From positions 1-64,000 of the forward strand of contig NZ_MWQY01000018.1 of the NCBI RefSeq assembly GCF_002087085.1: a stretch of 64,000 nucleotides of DNA. Reading direction: 5' to 3'. Both the position numbers and the translations under genes were made by a program. Under the pieces are notes generated by a model. The model worked only from the letters and a program-made list of their open reading frames with translations, was not told the DNA's origin and searched no databases. Position 1 is the first letter of the stretch, and each line of letters begins with the position of its first letter. Below are positions 46,814 to 56,714 of the stretch, one piece after another.

Positions 46814-47863
46814 ATGAGCAGCGAAGATCGGAGCTTAGAACAGATAAAGGCCGGGTACGAAAAAAAGATTTCCGATCTTAAAAAGCTTATACGCATAAGC
46901 CGGGATTTTAACGCAACCCTGGAGTTTCCAATCCTGATCGAGTCGATTCTCTTCGTCTTTATGGGACATCTGCGGCTTCTTCAGGTGGGCCTTTTTATTC
47001 GGGACCAGTTTGACCAGGGAGATCTGAGTCTCTACCGGAATTACCGGGGCTTTCAGATTGACCACCGCGTTGACTATACCCTGAAGGGAAAATCTCCCTT
47101 TATGCAACTGGTGCAGGAGCAGGCCTGTCCCTGTACCCTTGAAGAACTCAGCACCCTTCTGCCCGCCGGAGAGGATAGCCTCACCGTTCTCGAAAAGCTG
47201 ACCCCCGGACTGATTGTACCCCTGACAGCCAAAAATACGGTAATGGGTATCCTGGTCCTGGGACAGGGGACATCCCCGGGGTTAATCTCCCCGGAAATTC
47301 TGGAACAGATACGGATTATCGGCCCCTTTGCGGCCATGGCAATCTACAACGCCCTGCTCTACGAAATGGCCATTACCGACATGATGACCAAACTAAGGCT
47401 GCGCCACTATTTTCTCTCCTCCATGAACGAGGCCTTTGAAAAGGCCTGCAGGAACAAGAGCAGTCTGTCGCTTCTGTTTCTGGACATAGATCATTTCAAG
47501 GCCTTCAATGACTCCCATGGTCACAGCTGCGGGGATTTTGTGCTGATCAAGGTGGCTGACCTGATCCGGGGCAGTATACGACGGGGGGATATTGCCGCCC
47601 GCTACGGAGGAGAGGAATTTACCGTTCTTCTGCCGGATACGGACAGTAAAATGGCCCTTCTTGTTGCCGAGAGAATCCGCAGAAAAATCAGCCAGGAAGA
47701 CTTCGCATATGAAGGGGAAACCGTCAAAACCACGATTTCCATCGGTGTTGCGGAGCTTGAGACTGAACGGGATTTTACCAGCGAATCCCTTATCAAACGC
47801 GCCGATACAGCCCTCTACCAGGCCAAGGAACAGGGTCGGAACCAGGTTGTACTGGCACAGTAA
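46814..47863 (+). CDS. GAF-like plus GGDEF diguanylate cyclase
   Basis: DIDHFKAFNDSHGH, I-site RRGD, RYGGEEF, ADTALYQAK. Confidence 0.93.
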   Translation: MSSEDRSLEQIKAGYEKKISDLKKLIRISRDFNATLEFPILIESILFVFMGHLRLLQVGLFIRDQFDQGDLSLYRNYRGFQIDHRVDYTLKGKSPFMQLVQEQACPCTLEELSTLLPAGEDSLTVLEKLTPGLIVPLTAKNTVMGILVLGQGTSPGLISPEILEQIRIIGPFAAMAIYNALLYEMAITDMMTKLRLRHYFLSSMNEAFEKACRNKSSLSLLFLDIDHFKAFNDSHGHSCGDFVLIKVADLIRGSIRRGDIAARYGGEEFTVLLPDTDSKMALLVAERIRRKISQEDFAYEGETVKTTISIGVAELETERDFTSESLIKRADTALYQAKEQGRNQVVLAQ

Positions 47864-47884
47864 TTCAACACTTCAGGAGAAACC

Positions 47885-48172
47885 ATGGCCAGACTGACCG
47901 TACAGCCGGAAAACAGGAGCTATCCCCTGTCTGCGACAGTGTCCCTGCTGAATACCCTTCTCAGGAACAGCCATCCGATTCAGCACAAATGCGGAGGCAA
48001 AACCCAGTGCGGAACCTGCAGGATTCGCATACTGGAAGGTTCCCGCTTCCTGAATCCCGTGGGAGAAAACGAGCTCAACAGGCTGGGGCAGGAAAACCTG
48101 GCCGCCGGCCTGCGTCTCGCCTGTCAAACCTTTGCCTACGGGGATGTCAGCATCGAGATCCCGAAGGATTAG
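47885..48172 (+). CDS. 2Fe-2S ferredoxin
   Basis: CGGKTQCGTC...RLACQ. Confidence 0.9.
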   Translation: MARLTVQPENRSYPLSATVSLLNTLLRNSHPIQHKCGGKTQCGTCRIRILEGSRFLNPVGENELNRLGQENLAAGLRLACQTFAYGDVSIEIPKD

Positions 48173-49614
48173 AGCCGGGCCAGGAGTTCCTTCAGGAAGG
48201 ACCAGAAGGCTTCCGTTGAGGGAATACTGACCCTCTCGTCCGGGCTGTGGGCCCCTTCAAGGTCCGGTCCGAAGGATACCATGTCCATGCCGGGTACCTT
48301 GTCGGCGATCACTCCGCACTCGAGCCCCGCGTGTACCGCGGTCAGGTGGGGTTCCTTTTTCCGGACCTCCCGGTATACCTCGGCGGCAAAGCGCAGCAGA
48401 GGAGAGTCCGGATTCGGTTCCCAGGAGGGATACTCGCTCTCGTACTCCACGGTGCAGCCCATGAGTTCCAGCTGTGCCTTTACCCTGCGGCTGATAATAT
48501 CCCGCTTGTAGCCGGCGGCTGAACGCTGACTTGTCAGCACGTAAAGCTTCTTATCATCCATGGTGACAGCCGCAAGATTGGTGGAGGTCTCCACCATTCC
48601 CGGCACAACCGTACTCATCTCCTGGGACCCGTGGGGCATGGCAAGGAGCCCCCGGATTATCCGGATTCCGTCCTTCAGGACCCGGGAAGGCTTCTCCTTC
48701 AGCTCTTCCACAACAACCCGTACGGGCTTGTCCTCGGTGTAGAGTCCGCGGGCATCCACTTCCACCTTCGCCGCAGCCTCTTTCAGCCGCGGAATATCCC
48801 CGGGGGCCAGGGCAAGAATAAACTCCGCCTCCCGGGGAATCGCGTTGTGCTTTCCGCCGCCCCTGAGCGAGACAATCTCCATGGATTCTGCCTCGGCAGA
48901 ACAGATGGCCAGCGCCCCGAGCTGAAGGGCGTTTCCCAGGCGCCGATGAATCTCTCCCCCGGAGTGTCCCCCGGAGAGCCCTTCCACCCGAAGTCGCAGC
49001 ATCCGGCTGCCGGATCGGGGAGATGCAAAGGAGGGCACCAGGCTTCCCGAGGTGTTCCTGCCCCCGGCGCAGCCGAAGTAGAAGACCCCCTCCTCCTCGG
49101 AGTCCAGATTGATAAGGCGACGGCCCTCGATCAGGTCGGGGGTAATCGCCATGGCCCCGTTCAGGCCGGTCTCCTCGTCGACGGTAAAAAGTGCTTCCAG
49201 GGAAGGATGCTTCAGATCCGGATTGTCCAGCACCGCCAGAGCAGCTGCCACGCCGATGCCGTTGTCCGCCCCCAGGGTCGTGCCGTCCGCCCGGAGCCAG
49301 TCTCCGTCTATTACGGGCCGGATGGGGTCTTGTTCAAAATCGTGGACGGTCCCGTCGTTTTTTTCGCACACCATGTCTATATGTCCCTGAAGCACCACCG
49401 GGGGATGATCCTCGTAGCCCGGAGAGGCGGGCTTTTTTATAATGACATTCCCCGCCGCATCGATACGGACAGGGAGTTTCCGCTCCTGTGCAAAGGAGCG
49501 GATATATTGCGCCAGGGCCGCCTCGTTTCCGGAGCCATGGGGAATCGCGAGCATCTCTTCAAAGAATTTCCACAGCGGAGCAGTACAGCCTGCTCCTTCG
49601 TTCAGTACAGCCAT
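48169..49614 (-). CDS. pepD: Aminoacyl-histidine dipeptidase (M20)
   Basis: LQGHIDMV, TTLGADNG, DEETG, NLDSE, HAGLECG, HSPDE. Confidence 0.95.
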   Translation of the reverse strand: MAVLNEGAGCTAPLWKFFEEMLAIPHGSGNEAALAQYIRSFAQERKLPVRIDAAGNVIIKKPASPGYEDHPPVVLQGHIDMVCEKNDGTVHDFEQDPIRPVIDGDWLRADGTTLGADNGIGVAAALAVLDNPDLKHPSLEALFTVDEETGLNGAMAITPDLIEGRRLINLDSEEEGVFYFGCAGGRNTSGSLVPSFASPRSGSRMLRLRVEGLSGGHSGGEIHRRLGNALQLGALAICSAEAESMEIVSLRGGGKHNAIPREAEFILALAPGDIPRLKEAAAKVEVDARGLYTEDKPVRVVVEELKEKPSRVLKDGIRIIRGLLAMPHGSQEMSTVVPGMVETSTNLAAVTMDDKKLYVLTSQRSAAGYKRDIISRRVKAQLELMGCTVEYESEYPSWEPNPDSPLLRFAAEVYREVRKKEPHLTAVHAGLECGVIADKVPGMDMVSFGPDLEGAHSPDERVSIPSTEAFWSFLKELLARL

Positions 49615-49722
49615 TCATCTTCCTCCAGTCAAATCCGTATCCTACCATGCATGCCTCATTGTGCCCATACGGAAGTTTTGTGCTTGACGTATTCCCCGCT
49701 TAGCCGTAAGGTTTTCTACACT

Positions 49723-50826
49723 ATGCAGCGCACTATCTTAAGCATTACCACCGATCCCATCGACACGGAAGAGCTGATCTCCGTTCTTGACAGTGTCGGT
49801 CTGGGCAGTTTCCGTATCATCAGCGCCGCTTCCATGGAAGAGGCGGAGCCTCACTTTTATGTACAGGAAATCTATCTGGTAATTGCGGACGAGCGCGTTC
49901 CCCAGGCGCTCGAAGTCCTGCAGGAGATGAAGCAGGACGAAATGTTCGCCCATGTCCCGATTCTGCTGCTCATCGAAAAGAGGACCAAGGAGCGCATACA
50001 GGCGGCCTTCCGGATGGGCTTTGATACCTGCGTGGCCCTGCAGGAGGTCTCCGCCCTGCTTGCACACCAGGCCATACCGCTTATCCGCAACCACCTGAAC
50101 AACGACGATACCATGGAGAAGATTTCCGTCCTTCAGGAAAAGGCCATTCAGGATTTCATACTCCTCGATCTCATCAAGGATTACATTCCCCGGACAATCT
50201 GGAATGTCGCCAAAGAGTACGCTCACGAACAGCGGATTGAAATCCCCGAGGAAGAGCGGATCCTTACCATCGTATTCGGGGACATCAAGGATTTTACCCC
50301 CCGAACTCAGAGAATGGAACCGAAAAATGTTATCCGTTACCTGAACAGCGCCTTCGACGTTGTCGCCCGCCTGGTATACGCCCATGACGGAGACATCGAC
50401 AAATACATCGGGGACGCCTTTCTCGCGGTCTTCAACGATCCGGAAAAGGCCGTTGCCTCCATGCTCAGAATCCAGAAGGAGTTCGAGAAACTCAACAGTG
50501 AGCGCTCTTCCCGGGGCGAAGACACCATCGTATTCCGGGTGGGTATCCACACCGGACCGGTGATCCGGGGCAACGTGGGGGGAAACCAGCGCTTCGACAA
50601 TACCCTTATCGGAGACACCGTCAACACCGCCGCGCGCCTCGAGGCTATAGCCCCTCCCGGAGGAATCCTGATTTCCGAGGCAACCCGCAGAGAACTGGGG
50701 CTGGAGCTGCCCGAGGCTTGCGGCCGGACGGAAAACCTGAAAGGCCGGGTCGGCGACGAGAAGGTCTGGGAGATCTACAAACACCTGAAAGACTCCTCCT
50801 TAGCCAATGAACCTGCTGCTCTGTGA
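49723..50826 (+). CDS. Class III adenylate cyclase with a degenerate receiver-like N-terminus
   Basis: FGDIKDFT, DKYIGDA, GIHTG, GDTVNTAARLE; the upstream part of ORF 48631 is pepD antisense. Confidence 0.88.
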   Translation: MQRTILSITTDPIDTEELISVLDSVGLGSFRIISAASMEEAEPHFYVQEIYLVIADERVPQALEVLQEMKQDEMFAHVPILLLIEKRTKERIQAAFRMGFDTCVALQEVSALLAHQAIPLIRNHLNNDDTMEKISVLQEKAIQDFILLDLIKDYIPRTIWNVAKEYAHEQRIEIPEEERILTIVFGDIKDFTPRTQRMEPKNVIRYLNSAFDVVARLVYAHDGDIDKYIGDAFLAVFNDPEKAVASMLRIQKEFEKLNSERSSRGEDTIVFRVGIHTGPVIRGNVGGNQRFDNTLIGDTVNTAARLEAIAPPGGILISEATRRELGLELPEACGRTENLKGRVGDEKVWEIYKHLKDSSLANEPAAL

Positions 50827-51514
50827 ACCTGACGAGGTCGACTCCGGCGGACAGGCGGAACTGAAGGGTCCCCGGGCGGAACACCTGAGAAAAATTCTCA
50901 GGCTCAAAGCGGGGGACTCCGTCGCCGCAGGGATCATCGGTCAGGGGACAGGGAAAGGACGCATCGAAAGTCTCAGCCCCGGATACGCCCTCCTCACCAT
51001 ACACGTTACGGATCCGCCCGAACCTCTCTATCCCTTGAGCCTTGCCGTCGGCATGGTCCGCCCCATCCAGACCAGACGCATACTGAAAACCGCCGCCTCC
51101 TTCGGCATCCGGGAAATCTGCTTCGTACCCACCGCCCTGGGGGAAGCCTCCTATCGGGAGGCGAAAATCTGGGACAGCTACCGGGACTTCCTGGTGGAAG
51201 GAGCCTCCCAGGGAGGAATATGCTCCCTGCCGGAGGTCCTTCGCTTCGCTTCCCTGGAAGAGTTTCTGGAAGAGACACGCCGCCGTGACGGGCGCATCCT
51301 CTTTGACCTTGCTGATACAGCTGCCGCCCCCCCGGAGAAGAGCAGGGAGGCGCTAATACTGATAGGTTCGGAACGGGGATGGACGGGGAAGGAACATCGC
51401 GAAATACTGGATGCGGGCTTTCAGCTCCGGGGTCTTGGCAGACGCATCCTGACCACAGAAACCGCCTGTACCGCAGCGACGGCCCTTACGCTGCGGGAAC
51501 TCGGCCTTTTTTGA
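50807..51514 (+). CDS. rsmE: 16S rRNA m3U1498 methyltransferase
   Basis: HLRKILR, EGASQ, LIGSERGW, LGRRILTTETA. Confidence 0.9.
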   Translation: MNLLLCEPDEVDSGGQAELKGPRAEHLRKILRLKAGDSVAAGIIGQGTGKGRIESLSPGYALLTIHVTDPPEPLYPLSLAVGMVRPIQTRRILKTAASFGIREICFVPTALGEASYREAKIWDSYRDFLVEGASQGGICSLPEVLRFASLEEFLEETRRRDGRILFDLADTAAAPPEKSREALILIGSERGWTGKEHREILDAGFQLRGLGRRILTTETACTAATALTLRELGLF

Positions 51515-53729
51515 GCCCCATAAGATAGAGAAAGAGGTAGAGGCCCCCGAAAAAGAGGACCGGCGCCGCCATCCAGGCAAACTGATGCCCCTCTGCCGCC
51601 TGGTAGAAGAGGGTTGCCACAATCCAGGCCATCAGAGTGTGGTAGGTAACGAAGAGTACCGTGTAGGGTCCGCCGATCTCCCTGACCACCGTGGCGACCA
51701 CCGCAAGACAGGGAAAATAGACCAGAACGAAGAGCAGATAGGCATAGGCCTGGGCGGGGGTAAAGTGCTGCCTGAGAAGCTGAAAACTTCTGGGGTCCTC
51801 TTCCGCCTCGTCACCAAAGCCCAGGGCTGCAGCCAGCCCGGCGGGAATGGAGAGCAGGGAATCCCGGATTCCCGAAACAAGGGAAAAGCCTTCATCCTCC
51901 TCACCTTCTGCCGGATTTTCCGAGGATTCGCTAAGCTGGGAATAGAGGCCGTTGATTGTTCCTACAATCGATTCCTTGGCGAACATACCGGTAAAGAGTC
52001 CCACCGCGGCGGGCCAGTTGTCCCGCTCGACCCCCATGGGAGCAAAAACCGGCGTCAGGCCCTTGCCCATCAGGGCCATGACGGAGTTTTCGTTGTCCTG
52101 ATTGCCGATGCTGCCGTCAAGGCCAAAGCTGCTCAGGAAACCCAGGACCAGTACCGCCAGAATAATCACCTTTCCTGCCCGGAAGATAAAATCCTTCAGC
52201 CGCAGCCAGGTGTGCAACATGATGTGTCGAAAGCGCGGAGCATGGTAGGAGGGGAGCTCCATGATCAGGTGGCTTGTCTCTCCCCGGAAGGCGGTGGTCC
52301 GGAAGATCAGCCCGGTAAGAATCGCCAGGACAATACCGATCAGATAGAGGGAAAACACCACGAGTCCCGCCTGTTCTCCGAAGAAGGCCGCCGCAAAGAG
52401 GGCGTAGACCGGCAGCCGCGCCCCGCAGGACATCAGGGGAGACATGAAGATAGTCATAATGCGGTCTTTTCTGGAATCCAGGGTACGGGTCGCCAGGATC
52501 GCCGGCACCGTACAGCCGAAGCCCACCAGCATGGGAACAAAGGCCTTTCCCGGTAGGCCTATCCAGCGCATAAAACGGTCCATAATAAAGGCCGCCCGGG
52601 ACATGTAGCCGGAATCCTCGAGCAGGGAGAGCATGAGAAAGAGAAAAAAGATAACCGGAATAAAGGTCGCCACCGTCTGAATACCCGCGCCGATTCCGTC
52701 CGCCAGCAGGGCGATGAGAAAACCAGGGGTGCCGAGGGTCCGCAGCAGCAGACCGAAGCCGTCGACAAAGATTGTGCCGGTAAGAATATCGAAGAAATCG
52801 ATAAAGGCCCCGCCCAGGGATATGGAGAGCCAGAAGACCAGATACATGGCGACTGCGAAGAGAGGAACCCCGAGAACGGGATTCATGACAACCCTGTCGA
52901 TCTTTTCGGTCATGCTCTCCCGGGTGATTGTTCTGGTAACAACCTCCCGTACCACACCGCGGATCAGTCCGTAGCGGGCGTTGGCCACCACCACGTCCGG
53001 CCGGTCCTTCAGGATGCCCGAAACCCGGAGAATCTCCGCTTCCAGCTCCTCCCGGGTAAACCAGCCCTCCCGCAGTATTTCAGGAGTTACGGTTTCATCC
53101 TCTTCCAGGAGTTTAACCGCCGTCCAGCGGGGCCGGGGATGCTCGGGGTCGGCCCTTTTTATCCGCTCCATCATCGAAGCCAGGAGGTCCTCGATCTCGT
53201 TGGGATAGCGTACCAGTTTCTGGGGGACCCGGGGAGGTTTCTCCAGGGATGAGCGCACAGCCCGCATGACCTCCGCGGCGGCGTCCGGACGTGTAGCCGA
53301 AACCTCCACGGCGGGATACTGAAGATGGGTGCTCAGATGCCCCACGTCCACATTCAGGCCCTGTTCACTGGCCAGGTCGTGCATGTTCAATACCATCAGG
53401 CTCGGGATCCCCATCTCCATGAGCTGGGTGGTCAGGTAGAGGTTCCGCTCCAGGTTGGTGGAATCCAGGATATTCACCGCCAGGTCGTACTCACCGGCAA
53501 GCAGAAAGTCCCGGGCCACCCGTTCGTCCTCGGTTTTTGCCGAAAGACCGTAAATACCCGGCAGATCGACAATTCGGAAGCTGTCGTCCCCCTCCCTGCG
53601 GTGGCCCTCGACCAGATCCACCGTAACTCCCGGCCAGTTTCCGATCCGCTGGGAACTGCCGGTGAGGGCGTTAAAAAGAGTCGTCTTGCCGCTGTTCGGG
53701 TTTCCCACCAGGGCTATCGTATATTTCAT
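51486..53729 (-). CDS. feoB: Ferrous iron transporter B
   Basis: GNPNSGKT, GNWPGVT, DLPG, LERNLYL, GFGCTVPA, MSCGARLP. Confidence 0.97.
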   Translation of the reverse strand: MKYTIALVGNPNSGKTTLFNALTGSSQRIGNWPGVTVDLVEGHRREGDDSFRIVDLPGIYGLSAKTEDERVARDFLLAGEYDLAVNILDSTNLERNLYLTTQLMEMGIPSLMVLNMHDLASEQGLNVDVGHLSTHLQYPAVEVSATRPDAAAEVMRAVRSSLEKPPRVPQKLVRYPNEIEDLLASMMERIKRADPEHPRPRWTAVKLLEEDETVTPEILREGWFTREELEAEILRVSGILKDRPDVVVANARYGLIRGVVREVVTRTITRESMTEKIDRVVMNPVLGVPLFAVAMYLVFWLSISLGGAFIDFFDILTGTIFVDGFGLLLRTLGTPGFLIALLADGIGAGIQTVATFIPVIFFLFLMLSLLEDSGYMSRAAFIMDRFMRWIGLPGKAFVPMLVGFGCTVPAILATRTLDSRKDRIMTIFMSPLMSCGARLPVYALFAAAFFGEQAGLVVFSLYLIGIVLAILTGLIFRTTAFRGETSHLIMELPSYHAPRFRHIMLHTWLRLKDFIFRAGKVIILAVLVLGFLSSFGLDGSIGNQDNENSVMALMGKGLTPVFAPMGVERDNWPAAVGLFTGMFAKESIVGTINGLYSQLSESSENPAEGEEDEGFSLVSGIRDSLLSIPAGLAAALGFGDEAEEDPRSFQLLRQHFTPAQAYAYLLFVLVYFPCLAVVATVVREIGGPYTVLFVTYHTLMAWIVATLFYQAAEGHQFAWMAAPVLFFGGLYLFLYLMGLKKGRVPAA

Positions 53730-53758
53730 TATCTTCCTGTCCCCTTGATTCGGGTTCG

Positions 53759-54046
53759 TTAATTCTGTTCCTCCGGCGGGTCTTCAGAAGACGAGAGGCT
53801 TACGAGTATGTGTCGAACGATACCATGGCCCAGCATGATCTTTGAGGTTTTTACCATAAGCACATGGGGCATCCCCCTGCCGCCGCGGATTACCCGGATC
53901 TTCTCGCCGGGGACAACCCCCAGATCGAGCAGACGCTGCCGCATTCCCCTTCCGCCCCGCAGGGATCGTATACGAACCTCTGCTCCGGGAGGAACATCTG
54001 CAAGAGAAATGAGCTGATGGTCAGGGTGATTGATACCGGATTCCAT
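53759..54046 (-). CDS. feoA: Ferrous iron transport protein A
   Basis: QRLLDLGVVPG SH3-like motif; directly upstream of feoB. Confidence 0.9.
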   Translation of the reverse strand: MESGINHPDHQLISLADVPPGAEVRIRSLRGGRGMRQRLLDLGVVPGEKIRVIRGGRGMPHVLMVKTSKIMLGHGIVRHILVSLSSSEDPPEEQN

Positions 54047-54050
54047 AAAA

Positions 54051-54064
54051 TTAGGCCCGCCTAT
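54051..54064. promoter_or_regulatory. DtxR/IdeR-family-like operator candidate
   Basis: TTAGG-CCCG-CCTAT near-palindrome just upstream of the feoA start. Confidence 0.4.
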
Positions 54065-54182
54065 CTTGATTCGGATATGCTATTATCTCTAATCTTGCCA
54101 TATCTTGTCAATTATCTTTCCCTCCAGTTGATCTTCAGATATACTGAAACTCTCACTTTTATACACGGGAGTATGGAGAAAC

Positions 54183-55358
54183 TTGAGTACCTTTCGTCCG
54201 CAGCACACCGTCGATCTGACGGAGCGTAAAACGGAGTCCACAATAAACCTCCAGCGCCGGCGGCTTCTGAGCCTGGACAGCCAGTTAATCGAGCCCGTCA
54301 CCAGATTTATCCGGGAAGGGCTGGTCATTCTGAATACAGAGCTGCAGATTCTCTTTGCCAACCCCTCATTTATCGCCCTTGCCCAGGCTTCAGGCGAGGA
54401 GGAGCTTATCGGAAAGAGGATCGGAGAAGCCATCAACTGCATTAACGCCACCCTCTCTTCCGAAGGTTGCGGCACCTCCAGCGAGTGCTCAGCCTGTATG
54501 GTCCTCTCCTCCCTGGTAAACCTGGGGGAACAGCGCCAGGATACCTCCGCAACGGTCTTCAGGAAGGCAAAAGAGGCCCTGCACCTGAAGGTAAGCTCCA
54601 TCAGGATACACATCCAGGAGGAAGACTACGTCATAAGCGTACTGCGGCCGGTAAACCAGGAGGAGCGCAAGATCTCCCTGGAGAGGATTTTTTATCACGA
54701 TATCCTGAACTCCGCGGGGGTTTTGAAGGGCCTTATTGAACTCCTGCACGAGAACTATCGTCAGCTTCCCGGCTCGGCGGAAACCGGAGGGAACAGCGAG
54801 ATGGAGGAACTCTGGAACGCCACAATACTCTCATCGGCCCGTATTGTGGAGGAGATCCAGGCCCAGCGTGACTTTTCGAAGGCCGAACGCAACGAGCTTG
54901 CCCTGAACATCTCAGCCATACATACAGCCAGCTTTTTCCGGGAACTGCGGAACTGGTTTACCGCCTACGAACTCTCAGAAGAAGGACAGATCAGGCAGGC
55001 CGAAGGTTTTGAGGAACTCGCATTTTCCAGCGATCCGGTCATACTGAGGCGGGTCTTTATAAACCTGATAAAAAACGCCCTGGAGGCGGCCCCCAGGGGA
55101 TCTGTGGTCGTTATCGATGCCAGGGGGAATCCCGGGGGTGTGACCATAAGCGTCCAGAACCAGGGTGTCATGCCCCGGGAGGTGCAGAGGAGTCTCTTCC
55201 GCCAGACCTTCAGTACCAAAGGGTCCGGTCGCGGTTTCGGCAGTTACAGCGTTAAACTGCTTACCGAGCAGTATCTTCAGGGGTCGGTGAGTTTTCTCTC
55301 CGATGACGAACACCAGACCATATTCAAGGTTAGACTTCCATGGAAAATCAATTTGTAG
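54183..55358 (+). CDS. Soluble PAS sensor histidine kinase
   Basis: PAS ILFANPSF with a Cys cluster; FYHDILN, NLIKNALEA, FSTKG.GRGFG; start uncertain. Confidence 0.88.
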   Translation: MSTFRPQHTVDLTERKTESTINLQRRRLLSLDSQLIEPVTRFIREGLVILNTELQILFANPSFIALAQASGEEELIGKRIGEAINCINATLSSEGCGTSSECSACMVLSSLVNLGEQRQDTSATVFRKAKEALHLKVSSIRIHIQEEDYVISVLRPVNQEERKISLERIFYHDILNSAGVLKGLIELLHENYRQLPGSAETGGNSEMEELWNATILSSARIVEEIQAQRDFSKAERNELALNISAIHTASFFRELRNWFTAYELSEEGQIRQAEGFEELAFSSDPVILRRVFINLIKNALEAAPRGSVVVIDARGNPGGVTISVQNQGVMPREVQRSLFRQTFSTKGSGRGFGSYSVKLLTEQYLQGSVSFLSDDEHQTIFKVRLPWKINL

Positions 55359-56647
55359 TATCCCTGCTGGCCGTACCGGCCCTCTGGAAAATCGGACTCT
55401 CCCTGGCCCTGATTCTGGTGGTTCAGAAGTTTTCCCGCTCCCTTCTGGCGGGGGTAATCGCGGGATCGGCCCTGCTGGCCTTCTGGGCGGGACACAGTCC
55501 CCAATCTGCCCTGGACATCATGCTGGAGAGTACCTTCACCTTCGACGGCATGATGCTGCTGGCGGTAATCGTGCTGGTTATTCTCCTCTCGAGCCAGATG
55601 GCCAACAGCGGCATGATGGCAGAGCTCGTCGCGGCGGTGCAGAAACGCCTCAACCGCCGGGCCTCGGTGGCCCTGCTCCCCGCACTGATCGGGCTTCTGC
55701 CCATGCCGGGAGGGGCCCTCTTCTCCGCACCATTAATCGACGACTGCGACCGGGACAAAGCGCTCCCCCCCATGGAAAAAACCCGGGCCAACTACTGGTT
55801 CCGCCATATCTGGGAGTTCTGGTGGCCCCTCTACCCGGGAGTGCTTCTGACCATCGAGCTCTCGGGGCTTAAAATCTGGCAGCTCATGGTGGTCATGTTT
55901 CCCCTTACCTTGATCTCGGTGCTTTCCGGGTACCTCTTTATCCTGCGCAGGATTCCAAAAGATCATGCCATCCACGTCAGCGAAGAGGGCCACCACGCCG
56001 CCGGACAGATTCTTCCCCTCCTGAGTCCGGTACTCATCGTCATAGCCACATATCTTGGCTTTATGCTGCTTCTGCCGGGCACGGAAGTTTTCAGCAAATA
56101 CCTTCCCATGGTCTGCGGCCTGAGCCTGGCGGTGTTGTTTGTGCAGGTCCGCCGTCCCCTGGACCGGAAAACCTGGAAAACGATGATCCTATCCCGGAGG
56201 ATCATCTCCATGGTGGCCATTGTGGCGGTAATCCGCATCTACGGAGCCTACATAGAGAGCCCCCTTCCCGACGGCTCCTCCCTGATCGTGCTTCTCCGGA
56301 GCGAACTCGCAGCCCAGGGGATTCCCGCAGGACTCCTGATTATCCTGCTGCCCTTTATCGCCGCCCTTACCACCGGCCTTACCATCGGTTTTGTGGGAGC
56401 CAGCTTTCCGGTGGTCCTGAGCCTGCTGGGGCCGGAACCGACGGCATTGCAGATAATGCAGATTCTGCCCTTCGCCTACGGAGTCGGATTCATGGGAATG
56501 ATGCTCTCCCCGGTGCACGTCTGTCTGCTGGTAACAAATAAACACTTCAATACCGGGCTTACCAGCAGTATAAGGGCCCTGATAGCTCCGGTTGCCTTTA
56601 CGGCCCTGGGCATCATTCTGGTAGGAGGGCTGTGGATGATGGTGTAG
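55340..56647 (+). CDS. DUF401 family membrane protein
   Basis: PALIGLLPMPGGALFSAP, NYWFRH, WPLYP, SPVHVCL. Confidence 0.88.
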   Translation: MENQFVVSLLAVPALWKIGLSLALILVVQKFSRSLLAGVIAGSALLAFWAGHSPQSALDIMLESTFTFDGMMLLAVIVLVILLSSQMANSGMMAELVAAVQKRLNRRASVALLPALIGLLPMPGGALFSAPLIDDCDRDKALPPMEKTRANYWFRHIWEFWWPLYPGVLLTIELSGLKIWQLMVVMFPLTLISVLSGYLFILRRIPKDHAIHVSEEGHHAAGQILPLLSPVLIVIATYLGFMLLLPGTEVFSKYLPMVCGLSLAVLFVQVRRPLDRKTWKTMILSRRIISMVAIVAVIRIYGAYIESPLPDGSSLIVLLRSELAAQGIPAGLLIILLPFIAALTTGLTIGFVGASFPVVLSLLGPEPTALQIMQILPFAYGVGFMGMMLSPVHVCLLVTNKHFNTGLTSSIRALIAPVAFTALGIILVGGLWMMV

Positions 56648-56714
56648 GAGGGATGGAATACTAATTCAGCTTCTGTTATATGGTTTGAAAGTCTGATTTA
56701 ATGAGAAAGCATTT

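Noticed and set aside
48631..49722. N-terminal 364 aa of the 731-aa cyclase ORF
   Set aside because: Mostly antisense to pepD; a promoter and ATG at 49723 mark the likely true start.
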